A DNA stretch of 64,000 nucleotides from Candidatus Enterousia sp. GTDB taxonomy: Bacteria; Pseudomonadota; Alphaproteobacteria; Rs-D84. The notes below the pieces were generated by a model. The model had not been told where the DNA came from. It saw nothing but the letters and a program-made list of their open reading frames with translations, and ran no database searches. Shown piece by piece: positions 1-9,460 of this stretch. The position numbers and the translations under genes were made by a program. The first letter of the stretch is position 1. Each line of letters begins with the position of its first letter. The stretch is taken from the NCBI GenBank assembly GCA_045646625.1, contig JAZRLB010000007.1:3369-67368 (forward strand), in the 5' to 3' direction.

Positions 1-173
1 AATCGTCTGTTATCACACAATAAATCAAACGACTTCAGCCCATTTGCAATTCTGTCATACAGATTCCATACAACAAAATCAAACATTGATTCTGTTCCGA
101 CAAAATTTGGAATTTTTTCTGGCACAAAGGCTTTAATTATCACCAAATCTTTCAGTGTTTTCATTTCCCACAT
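1..173 (-). CDS. Hypothetical protein, runs off the window start (MWEMKTLKDLVIIKAFVPEKIPNF...)
   Basis: Hand translation: open from ATG at 173 to base 1; inside the integrative element. Confidence 0.4.
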   Translation of the reverse strand, partial: MWEMKTLKDLVIIKAFVPEKIPNFVGTESMFDFVVWNLYDRIANGLKSFDLLCDNRR

Positions 174-227
174 AACACACCGCCATTCAAAGAAACACCA
201 ACTGGCCTTACGACCAGTTGGATTATT

Positions 228-401
228 TTACTTTTCCTTCCTAACCCCCTTGAATGGCGTTCCGTCGGATTTTACATCCATAAACCGCCCTGTATCTTTT
301 TCACGCTTGATATAACAACAGTTTACTGGATTATAACATTGTGACCGTTCCCTAACAGCCCCAATTCTACGATTATCACCGTATGGTTTATTTACTGCCA
401 T
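228..401 (-). CDS. 57-aa basic hypothetical protein (MAVNKPYGDNRRIGAVRERSQCYNP...FKGVRKEK)
   Basis: ATG at 401, TAA at 228-230, GGGAG Shine-Dalgarno upstream; below the ORF-track cutoff. Confidence 0.7.
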   Translation of the reverse strand: MAVNKPYGDNRRIGAVRERSQCYNPVNCCYIKREKDTGRFMDVKSDGTPFKGVRKEK

Positions 402-781
402 AATAATTTCTCCCTATTTGGCAAGGAGAAAAAACCAGTTACATTTATCATTTTTTCGTGATACAATCACAAGTGCGTATATATGTAATCGGTTTAATCT
501 CCGATGTTCATATTTTCCCACTGGGAAAAAACCTAATTTTCTCGGTGGGGATTTTCTGTTATTTCGTATTTAAATACCATATCTAGTAATCAAACACTAC
601 TAACATATCCAATATATTGAGTTGGTCGTTTTTTATCAATATACAAAAAGCTATTTTTGTTTATTTTTCGCTTTACTTTCTACAAATAGGGTTTTCCGCC
701 ACATACAGGCTGAAAACAGAATCGGTTTTTGCAGCACTAACATATTTTTTTACTGTTTTTAGCCACTTTTCGATTCGTTTT

Positions 782-1960
782 TTACAAATTTTTGTTAACA
801 AACCCTAGCATTTTATCTGTGGCGGTTTGCATTGAATCACGAATTGGGTCAACGGTCAGACGACTGTACACCTGTGTTGCGCTAGTTGATTTATGGCCAA
901 GGGATTTTCCAATTATCGGTAAACTTGCCCCCGATATCGCCTGCCAAGAACCCATTGTTCGACGTAAATCGTGAATACGCATATCCTTAATATCCGCCGT
1001 CTGCAACAAGTCCTGCCACGGGCGTTTTGGGTCTTCAAAATGCCCACTAGCACTTTTTTTACTAGGCAACACCCAAGCGCTTTTCTTGCCTTGGCTAATT
1101 TTTAATAACAATTCACGAACCTGATTTACCATCGGTATCTGCAACGGTTGCCCCCCCTTGGAATCAGGCACATATATCAGACCAGATGCAAAATCCACGT
1201 GTTCCCAGCGCATAGTTAAAACATTATTACGCCGCATCCCTGTGAACAGCGATATCATCACATAGTTCTTGAACACATCGTTTTTCACATCACACAACGC
1301 CGCCCAGAACCGCTTTAATTCATCCCCACTCAAGAACCTATCACGACTTTTTTCTGTAAATTTACGAATTCCGCCGGCCGGATTGCCACGCCCCCCCATC
1401 AGGCCTTTCTTCACCGCAATCACATACATATGCTTAATCAGCGACAACACCCGATTGGCCGTATATGGACTGTGTGTTTTACAAGTTTCCGCATGCAGGC
1501 GTTCAATTTCGTCCGCCTTGATACTTAATAACTTGCGATTATGAAATTGATTCAACCTGTGCTTGAACACACTGTCATCATTTACAACAGAATGCTGTTT
1601 TTTATAGATTGTGGAATATTCAGGTTTATAGATATTTTCATAAAACTGGCGCACCGTCATATCATTCAGATTTTCCCGTCTTTGAACACTGGGGTCTGTG
1701 CCATTGGTCGCCATTTCTTTTAAGCTATGTGCCTGCCGACGGGCATCACACAGTTTAATCTGCCCCACACGCCCGATTTTTACACGCTTTGGTGTGCCTT
1801 CGAATTTCATATATGCATAATACGTCTTTGCCCCACCATAGGTCACAATGACACACAGACCATCATGACTGCCGGTATCATAATACACCGCCTGACCCGA
1901 TGTGGGAATACTCAGGTTTTCCAACGCCCGTTCTGTAAAATTTATACGATTAGAAGACAT
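782..1960 (-). CDS. Tyrosine recombinase/integrase with N-terminal arm-binding domain (P4-like)
   Basis: TGMRR, HDLRRT, LGH...TQVY catalytic motifs; N-terminal GLCVIVT..G.KTY arm-binding pattern. Confidence 0.95.
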   Translation of the reverse strand: MSSNRINFTERALENLSIPTSGQAVYYDTGSHDGLCVIVTYGGAKTYYAYMKFEGTPKRVKIGRVGQIKLCDARRQAHSLKEMATNGTDPSVQRRENLNDMTVRQFYENIYKPEYSTIYKKQHSVVNDDSVFKHRLNQFHNRKLLSIKADEIERLHAETCKTHSPYTANRVLSLIKHMYVIAVKKGLMGGRGNPAGGIRKFTEKSRDRFLSGDELKRFWAALCDVKNDVFKNYVMISLFTGMRRNNVLTMRWEHVDFASGLIYVPDSKGGQPLQIPMVNQVRELLLKISQGKKSAWVLPSKKSASGHFEDPKRPWQDLLQTADIKDMRIHDLRRTMGSWQAISGASLPIIGKSLGHKSTSATQVYSRLTVDPIRDSMQTATDKMLGFVNKNL

Positions 1961-2791
1961 TTATTCTTTATCCACACGCTTTAACTGTTTTGAATTTGAA
2001 CCCGACACAACCCTTTTACCAGTTTCTTGTTCCAACTGTAATCGTGCCTGACGGGCGACATTGCCACCACGCTTGGCCACCGCCATATTTTCATCCAATC
2101 CCATTGGATTTTCATTTTTTGCAATTTCGGTCACAGACAATTCCGCCAACATATTCAAAACCAGTTCGGCATTAGTCATATTATCACGCAGGGATTCTTT
2201 CTTTAGCCCCTTGTGCTGTTTATATTCTTTGGTCTTCATACCCGACCAAGAACGTGTAATTTCATCGGTCAGCAAAGCATATTCCAGCCCCTGTTTAATT
2301 CCACCCCTGTCCCATTGATTAGTCAGGTCTTTACGGATTTCAATAGAACGCAAACGCTGGGCAATCCATTCATCCGAATACCCCAACCGCTGGTAATAAT
2401 TTAACGCACGTTGAATTGCGATTTCAGGGTCAGATATTTCATCAATTCTTTCACTGCCAACACTGGCCAACCACAACTTAAACGGTTCTGCTTTCTTAGA
2501 CGGCACAGATTGAATCAAACGCAACAACTGTTCTGTATCCGCCACATCGGTCATACGCAACTTGCCATCTGGCGCAACCAATTTCAACTGGTTACAATTT
2601 GTAACCGTTTCATTTCCTTCTGCCTTCAGACGGCTTTTCAAAACCTTCCAATAATTACGTGAATGTTGATAATCCGATTCCGTTAATGCCGCAATAACAT
2701 CAACAATGGAAAAATACCATTTTTCAGCATCCGCATCCCATTGGGTTCTGATATTCGTATCTTGAAACAGTTTCAGTGTCGTATCTGTCAT
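1961..2791 (-). CDS. Bro-N (BRO family, antirepressor-like) DNA-binding protein
   Basis: IRTQWD..EKWYFSIVDV, DGKLRMTDVA, IQSVPSKKAEPFKLWLA motifs. Confidence 0.85.
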   Translation of the reverse strand: MTDTTLKLFQDTNIRTQWDADAEKWYFSIVDVIAALTESDYQHSRNYWKVLKSRLKAEGNETVTNCNQLKLVAPDGKLRMTDVADTEQLLRLIQSVPSKKAEPFKLWLASVGSERIDEISDPEIAIQRALNYYQRLGYSDEWIAQRLRSIEIRKDLTNQWDRGGIKQGLEYALLTDEITRSWSGMKTKEYKQHKGLKKESLRDNMTNAELVLNMLAELSVTEIAKNENPMGLDENMAVAKRGGNVARQARLQLEQETGKRVVSGSNSKQLKRVDKE

Positions 2792-2976
2792 TTTTTACCC
2801 CTGTAAATTTGACCCGTTATCTTTTTCGTTTTGCTACCTATTTGCTACTGATATCACAAATTTTCACATTTTGCTACCAATTTTTATTAAATTTTGTTAA
2901 ACTTATTATACGACACAATACGCAGAAAATCAAGAAAAATTAAATAATATTAAACATTATTAAACACCTGACCTAT

Positions 2977-3016
2977 TAACTGAAGGTCAATGGTTCAAAT
3001 CCATTCCCCGCAACCA
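2977..3016 (+). repeat. att site: duplicated 3' half of an initiator-type tRNA-Met
   Basis: TAACTGAAGGTCAATGGTTCAAATCCATTCCCCGCAACCA has a T-arm and the CCCCGCAACCA end typical of tRNA-fMet, but no 5' half. Confidence 0.8.
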
Positions 3017-3022
3017 AGATTT

Positions 3023-3050
3023 AAAAAAACCGCCAAACGGCGGTTTTTTT
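3023..3050. terminator. Bidirectional intrinsic terminator
   Basis: AAAAAACCGCC-AAAC-GGCGGTTTTTT. Confidence 0.8.
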
Positions 3051-3064
3051 GTTTGTAAAGAGGT

Positions 3065-4843
3065 TTATTTTTTCTGGTTTGTTATCAGATGTACTGCGAT
3101 TTTCATCAGTTCTTGGTCTGATTTATTAGCGTTAGCCGGTGTTTTACGCAATTTTTCCATCATTTTTTCAACTGCGCGATCAAACAATATTTTTTCTGCC
3201 CGCTTGTCCGCCAAGACAGCACCACTTTTTTCACCAAATTTAACGCCACGCTCCTGTAAAGTTTTGGTGGCTTTTTCCATTCTGGCCTTTTTAGTGGTTG
3301 TTTGTTTGTCCAGATTTTCTTCGATGATTTCGTAATTTTTTCGAATTTTAGAATAAAATTCTTCGTCGTTTAATTTTCTTGATAATCTGTCCATATCTTG
3401 AGTCAGATTATAACGTTGGTTGTTCAGTTTGTTTTGTTTATCATAAGCGCTGAAATTGTGATCGCCGAATGTGTTGTCACGATTCTCACGAGCGGTGTCC
3501 AAAAATTCATTTACTTGGGCAACCAAGTCCAGCAGTGCCTGATATTGTTTCTTTTCTTTGTCAAAACCAAACAATTTCCAGGGCTTTTCAGGTGTTTCCA
3601 GTTTTTGATACTGTCCGTTTTGGGTTGCGTTATTCAGTGTATCAAGTATTAGGTTGCCGTGTTTGTTAAAATATTCCGTGTTGAAAGACAGTATTCGTTT
3701 GTTTTTTTCCCGCAGGTTGTTTGCACTGTTGGATTCTGTATAAAGTGTTCGTAATTGTTCGTTGATAGGTGCCAATTCAGATTCATTTTTCTGCAATTGT
3801 GCGCGCATATCCGCCAGTTTTTGTTTTAATTCGGTGTGGGCCGATTTATTCTTGGCGATTGCGGTTCGGAATTTATCGTTGAATTGCATCCATAATTTAT
3901 AATTGTCAGATGTTGGTTTTGAGAAATACGAATTTCTGGCCAGAAATTCTGTCATTTGATTGAAGTATTGTTCGTTGTTTTCCTGGGGGGTTTTTTCAAT
4001 CATTAATTGCATTAACGAGTAAACCTGCCAGGGTTCCCATTGGGTGTTGCGATTTGTCAGGACTATGTAGATTTCACTGGGCAAAAGGGATTTAAAGTCA
4101 TTTTTTGGAATGATAAACTTGGCATCGTTTTGGGTTAATTTTCCTAGGGCAAGCATTGGATTGATGCGGCCAGAACGTATTTCGTATAAAAGTTCAGGAT
4201 CTGTGGCCCCACGAAATGCGGTTTTGGGATTAAAAGTGCGACCAAAATCCCGTTCAAATTTATCAAGCAGTTTCTTGTCGTTGCTTGATAAAAAGTTGTA
4301 ACCATTTTGTTTAGGCAGGACGGTCATTATAAATTCTTTATCTTCCAGACGTTTGGATGAAAAGTTATAGTCGTATGTGCCGTCCAGAAAACCGGATTTG
4401 TTTAATAATATCTGAATTTCTGGGTATATGGATTTATTAAATTCCCAGCCGCGACCAAATAAACCGCGTTCTGATGCAGAACGAATGATTATTTCAAATG
4501 GTGTATATTCAGCACGTTTGTGTAAGTCTGCGGCATTCCATTGGCCAGACTGATAACTATAGGCCATATCCCAGTATTCTTTTAATAATTCACCCAGGCG
4601 ATTTGCAAATGCCAGGTTTTCTTTATCTGTGTTGTTTTTTATTGTGTTTTCAACCAATTTTGAAAAAAACCACCAGGTTTGGTTAGAGTTCAGATTAATT
4701 CTGGTGTGAATGAATATATTGCTGTCCATATCTGGGGCGAAAACGATATTATCACTGTTAATTACGCTTGCTTTATCGGAATTATACAGCTGATTTAATT
4801 CAGATGCGGTTTTTATGTATATTAGATTATTTTTTTGTGTCAT
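3065..4843 (-). CDS. Orphan coiled-coil-rich hypothetical protein
   Basis: Long ORF; AAGAGG SD before ATG at 4843; heptad-rich C-terminal half. Confidence 0.75.
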   Translation of the reverse strand: MTQKNNLIYIKTASELNQLYNSDKASVINSDNIVFAPDMDSNIFIHTRINLNSNQTWWFFSKLVENTIKNNTDKENLAFANRLGELLKEYWDMAYSYQSGQWNAADLHKRAEYTPFEIIIRSASERGLFGRGWEFNKSIYPEIQILLNKSGFLDGTYDYNFSSKRLEDKEFIMTVLPKQNGYNFLSSNDKKLLDKFERDFGRTFNPKTAFRGATDPELLYEIRSGRINPMLALGKLTQNDAKFIIPKNDFKSLLPSEIYIVLTNRNTQWEPWQVYSLMQLMIEKTPQENNEQYFNQMTEFLARNSYFSKPTSDNYKLWMQFNDKFRTAIAKNKSAHTELKQKLADMRAQLQKNESELAPINEQLRTLYTESNSANNLREKNKRILSFNTEYFNKHGNLILDTLNNATQNGQYQKLETPEKPWKLFGFDKEKKQYQALLDLVAQVNEFLDTARENRDNTFGDHNFSAYDKQNKLNNQRYNLTQDMDRLSRKLNDEEFYSKIRKNYEIIEENLDKQTTTKKARMEKATKTLQERGVKFGEKSGAVLADKRAEKILFDRAVEKMMEKLRKTPANANKSDQELMKIAVHLITNQKK

Positions 4844-4939
4844 TGTGTACCTCTTTTTATTTGTCTGTAATTGTATCATAAATTAATGCAAAAATAAAGA
4901 ATCTTGCAAATTCAATATAAAACGTGTAGATTAGAAAGT

Positions 4940-5803
4940 ATGAAGGGTAAAGATTTGTTAAAAAAACGCCTGTTTTTGTTCGCAGGATATGATAAGTCCG
5001 GCGTGGTTGATGATGCATTGGTCTTTTATGTGCGCGCATTGTCTGAGTTTGGTGACGTTGTTGTTTGTATGGATTCTGATTGTGAAAAGTCCGAATTGAA
5101 AAAAATTCAAAAATATTGTGTCACAACTGTGGCGGTGCGACACGGTGAATATGATTTTGGGTCTTATAAGCGCGATTATTTGTGGGCGTGTGAAAATCTG
5201 GATTTGAAAAAATATGATTTTCTTTATTTAGTGAATGATTCTGTGTATGGACCCTTGTATGATTTAGGGGATTATTTTAATAAAATGGAATCTTTGAATG
5301 TGGATGCGTTCGGAATCGTGAAAAATCCACATCGTAATCATCCACATATTCAATCGTGGTTCGTAGGATTAAAGCCAAGTGTTTTTTGCGCAGACAGGTT
5401 TGATAAATTTATGCGGCGAATTACAAAATTAAAATCCAAAGGATTAATTACGCGTGAATATGAACAGGGGTTAACACAACTGGTGGAACAGCAGAATTTA
5501 AAATGGGAATGTCTGTATTCTGAACCAGGACGCGGTGTGTATAATAATATAAAAAGTTTGTATAACAGAAAAATGCCTTTTATGAAAAAGGTCGCGTTTA
5601 TCCGTAATCACGGTGCATTGGGGCGTGAAGTGCGCTATGTGCTGGATAATGTCGATTATAATCTAAAAAATGCAATATTGGCGTCAGCGGAACGTGTTTA
5701 TGGCGCAGAATATGTGCGTTGGTTCTTGGATGTAAATCCAGTAAAGGTAATGTGCCGAAAATTAAAACACGTAATGTATAAACTGTTTATAGAAGGAATA
5801 TAA
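4940..5803 (+). CDS. Rhamnan synthesis F (RgpF)-family protein
   Basis: RLFLFAGYD..G.VDD, HGEYDFGSYKR, NDSVYGP, HIQSWF motifs. Confidence 0.8.
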   Translation: MKGKDLLKKRLFLFAGYDKSGVVDDALVFYVRALSEFGDVVVCMDSDCEKSELKKIQKYCVTTVAVRHGEYDFGSYKRDYLWACENLDLKKYDFLYLVNDSVYGPLYDLGDYFNKMESLNVDAFGIVKNPHRNHPHIQSWFVGLKPSVFCADRFDKFMRRITKLKSKGLITREYEQGLTQLVEQQNLKWECLYSEPGRGVYNNIKSLYNRKMPFMKKVAFIRNHGALGREVRYVLDNVDYNLKNAILASAERVYGAEYVRWFLDVNPVKVMCRKLKHVMYKLFIEGI

Positions 5804-5804
5804 A

Positions 5805-6635
5805 ATGGTAAAAAAAATAGCGGCAATTACTATGGCGCGAAATGATACTTTTTTCCTGGGGCGATGGATTAAGTATTATGGCGAACAGATTGGGTATGAA
5901 AACTTATATATCTTGCTGGATGGTATGGATCAAGATGTGCCGGAAAATGCAGATAAGGTTAATGTGACAAAACTGGAACACGTTGATATGTTGCGTGCGG
6001 CAGGTGATAAATACAGAATTGGAAAATTATCCGATTTGGCAGGACAATTATTAAAAAAATATGATATTGTAATTGGCTGTGATGCAGATGAATTCTTGGT
6101 CGTAGACCCGAATTTAAATGTGGGGTTGGCACAGTATTTGTCGAACAAAAAAATAAATACAACTTTGTCAGGGTTGGGCTTGGATGTCGGACAAAATATG
6201 AAACTGGAAAAAACACTGGATACATCAGAATCTTTTCTGGACCAGCGTGGGTTTGCATTGCTATCAACGCGATATACTAAGCCTGTTGTGATTAATAAGC
6301 CTGTGCGGTGGGGCAGTGGTTTTCACAGTGTAAAAGGACATAATTTTCATATAGATAAAAATCTGGTTCTGTTCCATTTCGGGGCAGTGGATATGGATAT
6401 GTTAGTGACCAAGGCTGCAGCACGTGGCCAAGATTGGGTAAATCATTTGAAACGTCGCGGAAATGGTACAATTAATGATGTGACACGGCGGCGTGCACGT
6501 GGGGAAGGGTATATGAAAATCGCCCGTGTGTTGCAGCATATTTTACGACCGATTTATGCGCTGGATAAGCCGGGAATGTTGGGAATAAAATGGGTTGTTA
6601 AAATACCGGAAAGATTTAAAAAATCAGGAATCTAG
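5805..6635 (+). CDS. Glycosyltransferase family 2-like protein
   Basis: AAITMARND..FL..W..YY, DADEF DXD motif, GFH. Confidence 0.8.
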   Translation: MVKKIAAITMARNDTFFLGRWIKYYGEQIGYENLYILLDGMDQDVPENADKVNVTKLEHVDMLRAAGDKYRIGKLSDLAGQLLKKYDIVIGCDADEFLVVDPNLNVGLAQYLSNKKINTTLSGLGLDVGQNMKLEKTLDTSESFLDQRGFALLSTRYTKPVVINKPVRWGSGFHSVKGHNFHIDKNLVLFHFGAVDMDMLVTKAAARGQDWVNHLKRRGNGTINDVTRRRARGEGYMKIARVLQHILRPIYALDKPGMLGIKWVVKIPERFKKSGI

Positions 6636-6702
6636 ATTCCAAGGATTTTAAAGATTTATATTTTGTTTTTATAAGGCGCTGATTTGTGATATAATAAGCG
6701 AT

Positions 6703-7680
6703 ATGAGAAAAAGAAATTTATACATTTTATCGGTTTTATCGTGTCTGGCGTCTGCGCCTGCGGTCGCAGATTGGCAATATCCAGGTACCTATGTCGGGGA
6801 TGGTTGGTATTCTGATGATGGTTCGCGTCTGGTGATTTCTGGGCGTGGTGGTGCAGCATTTGGAATGGGAAAAATTAAAAATCAGGTCGGTGCTGTTTCA
6901 AACGAATATTATATCAGTCCAGATGGTGCTACAATTGTTTCGGCGACATACTATTTTTCCTGTGTGGACAAAGGTGGATGTGACGGATATCAATATGCGG
7001 GATATGGTGATTTAAACAGATTGTCGCCAACCAAAGAATTCGAAAGTTTTTCTTTTGCAATGGGATTCAGTTTGGGATTTACTATGCCTAATAAACCACA
7101 GTGGCGTTTAGAAGGCGGATGGGATCATATTTCGGAAAGTGAATATAATGCATCGCCTATGTTCGCTGGTGAATTAGAACTGATTGGCGGTGATGTGCCA
7201 GGTGTCGTGGTAGAAGTTCAAAGTTCAACGGTTAATTCTAAATTATCGACAAATGTTTTCAGTGTAATGGCGTACTATGATTTCTTTGACGGAATTCAAA
7301 AGCCAACAAATGTTATGATTCCATATGTCGGTTTTGGTATCGGTTATGCAGATACAAAGACTGTGCTGAATTTAACTGACCCGTATGGCGATTTGTCGGC
7401 CCAGGTGGAACTGCAACAGTATGGTGAACTGGATGATTATAATATCGTTCAATTCTATCGGTCTGAACGCGATTCTTCAAATGTGGCAGGTTTGTTGGCA
7501 TTGGGCTTCTCGTACGGGATTGGGGATAATATGTTTATGGACTTTGGTGTGCGCGCAATGTATTTGCCGACTGTGAAATGGGAACTTAGAAACGCAGATA
7601 AAACTAAGTACCGTGAATGGTTCAGCGCAGATGATATGGTTTATATCAATGCAATGGTTGGATTGAGATTCGAATTCTAG
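6703..7680 (+). CDS. Outer-membrane beta-barrel protein (opacity/OmpA-like)
   Basis: Signal peptide, PYVGFGIGY strand, C-terminal GLRFEF. Confidence 0.8.
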   Translation: MRKRNLYILSVLSCLASAPAVADWQYPGTYVGDGWYSDDGSRLVISGRGGAAFGMGKIKNQVGAVSNEYYISPDGATIVSATYYFSCVDKGGCDGYQYAGYGDLNRLSPTKEFESFSFAMGFSLGFTMPNKPQWRLEGGWDHISESEYNASPMFAGELELIGGDVPGVVVEVQSSTVNSKLSTNVFSVMAYYDFFDGIQKPTNVMIPYVGFGIGYADTKTVLNLTDPYGDLSAQVELQQYGELDDYNIVQFYRSERDSSNVAGLLALGFSYGIGDNMFMDFGVRAMYLPTVKWELRNADKTKYREWFSADDMVYINAMVGLRFEF

Positions 7681-7691
7681 AAATAAAAATT

Positions 7692-7717
7692 ATCCCCACA
7701 TTTGTGGGGATTTTTTT
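7692..7717 (+). terminator. Intrinsic terminator
   Basis: ATCCCCACA-TT-TGTGGGGAT followed by a T tract. Confidence 0.7.
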
Positions 7718-7731
7718 ATGTGTGTTCTTGA

Positions 7732-8289
7732 TTAAAAACTGTATGTTAATCCGGTGCCAAAAAATGCATAGGAATTGTTTTCAAGCGCAGTGTTGCCGTT
7801 CGAATAGTGTTGCATAAATATTTCCAGATTTGTACATTCACTTAGCTTGAAGCCGCCGCCCAGTTTAAAGCCAAATAGCAATTTTGAACCAATACGTTCG
7901 TTCTGTTGGGCCTGCATACCAACGCCCAGACCTGAATAAAAATACCAGTTTTTATCGTGTGCCAAAATTACATCTTCGGACAATGTGACGATTGGAATTG
8001 TGTATTTGTCCCAATGCCAACCGCGTGATTCCCTAAACCCCAGTGTTTGGGTTATGTTCAGTGAACGACGTGCCGGCAGACGAAAAAATTCAGTCGGTTG
8101 GGAATATTGGGCGTTTAACATAATAAACGGGGCCCAACGAACAGGGGCAGGTATTAAAAAACCACTGTCCACGCCCCAGCCAAAGTTAACCGCGAATTGA
8201 TTATCGTATCCATTAAAAAATGGGTTTGTGTCTGCATTTGCAGTCGCTGTTGCAGACATAATTAACAAAGAGCATAAGATTTTTTTCAT
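7732..8289 (-). CDS. PagL-like lipid A 3-O-deacylase (acyloxyacyl hydrolase family)
   Basis: Signal peptide, HYSNG catalytic His-x-Ser motif, C-terminal YSF. Confidence 0.75.
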   Translation of the reverse strand: MKKILCSLLIMSATATANADTNPFFNGYDNQFAVNFGWGVDSGFLIPAPVRWAPFIMLNAQYSQPTEFFRLPARRSLNITQTLGFRESRGWHWDKYTIPIVTLSEDVILAHDKNWYFYSGLGVGMQAQQNERIGSKLLFGFKLGGGFKLSECTNLEIFMQHYSNGNTALENNSYAFFGTGLTYSF

Positions 8290-8426
8290 AAATCGCAGTA
8301 TATCATAAAATTGACTTAGGTTCCAATGGATATTATTAAAAAATATAATTATTGTAAATATGAACAAAATCATCAGATTGTTTTTGGTTGCAATTGAAAA
8401 AATTAATGTTATAATGCGTGACGCTT

Positions 8427-8501
8427 GGCAGCGTAGCTCAGTGGTAGAGCAGAGGAATCATAATCCTTTGGTCGGGGGTCCGAATCCCTCCGCTGCTACC
8501 A
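8427..8501 (+). tRNA. tRNA-Met(CAT), probably elongator
   Basis: Cloverleaf, GGAATCATAATCC anticodon arm, encoded CCA; T-loop TCCGAAT. Confidence 0.9.
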
Positions 8502-8590
8502 GAATTCAAGCCGGGTTTATCCCGGTTTTAATTTTGTCGGACAAGGCCTCAGAATCCGATATTTTTCAATCAATAAAAGGATATAATGTT

Positions 8591-8740
8591 ATGAAAAATC
8601 AGAAAAACAAAAAACAAATTACTGTAACAGCTTTCCTGATGGCTGTGAAAAACTTTGCCACATCTGTGGTAAATGATTTCAAAGATGCACAACGTGAATT
8701 GGATGCCATTCGTGAAAGAATGAATCAGCGCAGTAAATAA
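8591..8740 (+). CDS. 49-aa orphan protein
   Basis: AAGGA upstream, followed by a hairpin; the longer listed ORF overlaps the tRNA. Confidence 0.55.
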   Translation: MKNQKNKKQITVTAFLMAVKNFATSVVNDFKDAQRELDAIRERMNQRSK

Positions 8741-8950
8741 AAAATCCGCCCGTGTGGCGGTTTTAATTTTGTGCCACTTTTCCCAATTTCGCGTAAAATT
8801 CTATGATTTAGCAGTTTATTTTACATATACTGGACATAGAAATAGACATAAGAATACCATAGTGGGGGCGGTTTTTTATTTGTTTTCCAGAGATGTTGAC
8901 TTTTTTTGCGATATTCAGAATAATACAACTGATTAAGCGAAAAAGGGGAA

Positions 8951-9454
8951 ATGTTTATGCGAAAGTTTTTAATGGCAATTTTGGCGATGTTGCCAACATC
9001 TGTTATGGCAAATCCGGCGTGCCCGGTGTGTACAATTGCTGTGGGTGCGGGGTTGGATATTGCACGTCGTTTGGGGGTGCCTGACAGTATTGTTGGGTTG
9101 TGGGCCGGGGCGTTGCTGACGTTGCTGGGGTATTGGATGCTGAAATGGATGGATAAGAAAAATTGGCATTTCCGTGGGCGTGATACGATTGTGGTTTTGG
9201 CGTCCGTTGCGATGATTGGGTTTGTTTATCTGGGGACCGTACAATATAATCCGGTTGCGATTTGTGGGGGAATAGTAATGGACCCGGTTTTGTTCGGTAC
9301 GATTTGTGGGGCGCTGATATTTATTGGTACGGGTAAATTGTATGAATGGATGAAGGCGAAAAATGGTGGGCACGCACACTTTCCATTCGAAAAGGTGGTG
9401 TTGCCAATCGTTGCATTGGCTTTGGCCAGCTGGGCTATGATGTTGTGTTTCTAA
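8951..9454 (+). CDS. Membrane protein with N-terminal CPVC motif
   Basis: Signal-like N-terminus, ANPACPVC, about 4 hydrophobic helices, HAHFPF. Confidence 0.8.
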   Translation: MFMRKFLMAILAMLPTSVMANPACPVCTIAVGAGLDIARRLGVPDSIVGLWAGALLTLLGYWMLKWMDKKNWHFRGRDTIVVLASVAMIGFVYLGTVQYNPVAICGGIVMDPVLFGTICGALIFIGTGKLYEWMKAKNGGHAHFPFEKVVLPIVALALASWAMMLCF

Positions 9455-9460
9455 AGGAGT

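Larger units (their letters stand above)
1..3016. mobile_element. Right end of a tRNA-Met-targeting integrative element or prophage remnant
   Basis: Integrase plus Bro-N gene bounded by a tRNA 3'-half duplicate; plus strand looks C-rich here versus G/T-rich in the flanking chromosome. Confidence 0.75.

Noticed and set aside
2941-3016. Intact tRNA gene
   Set aside because: No D-arm, 5' acceptor strand or CAT anticodon; only the 3' half is present
8360-8590. N-terminal extension of the 126-aa ORF
   Set aside because: Overlaps tRNA-Met; the likely start is 8591
8835-8863. Short direct repeats GACATAGAAATA/GACATAAGAATA
   Set aside because: Too short and AT-rich to support as an operator without comparative data
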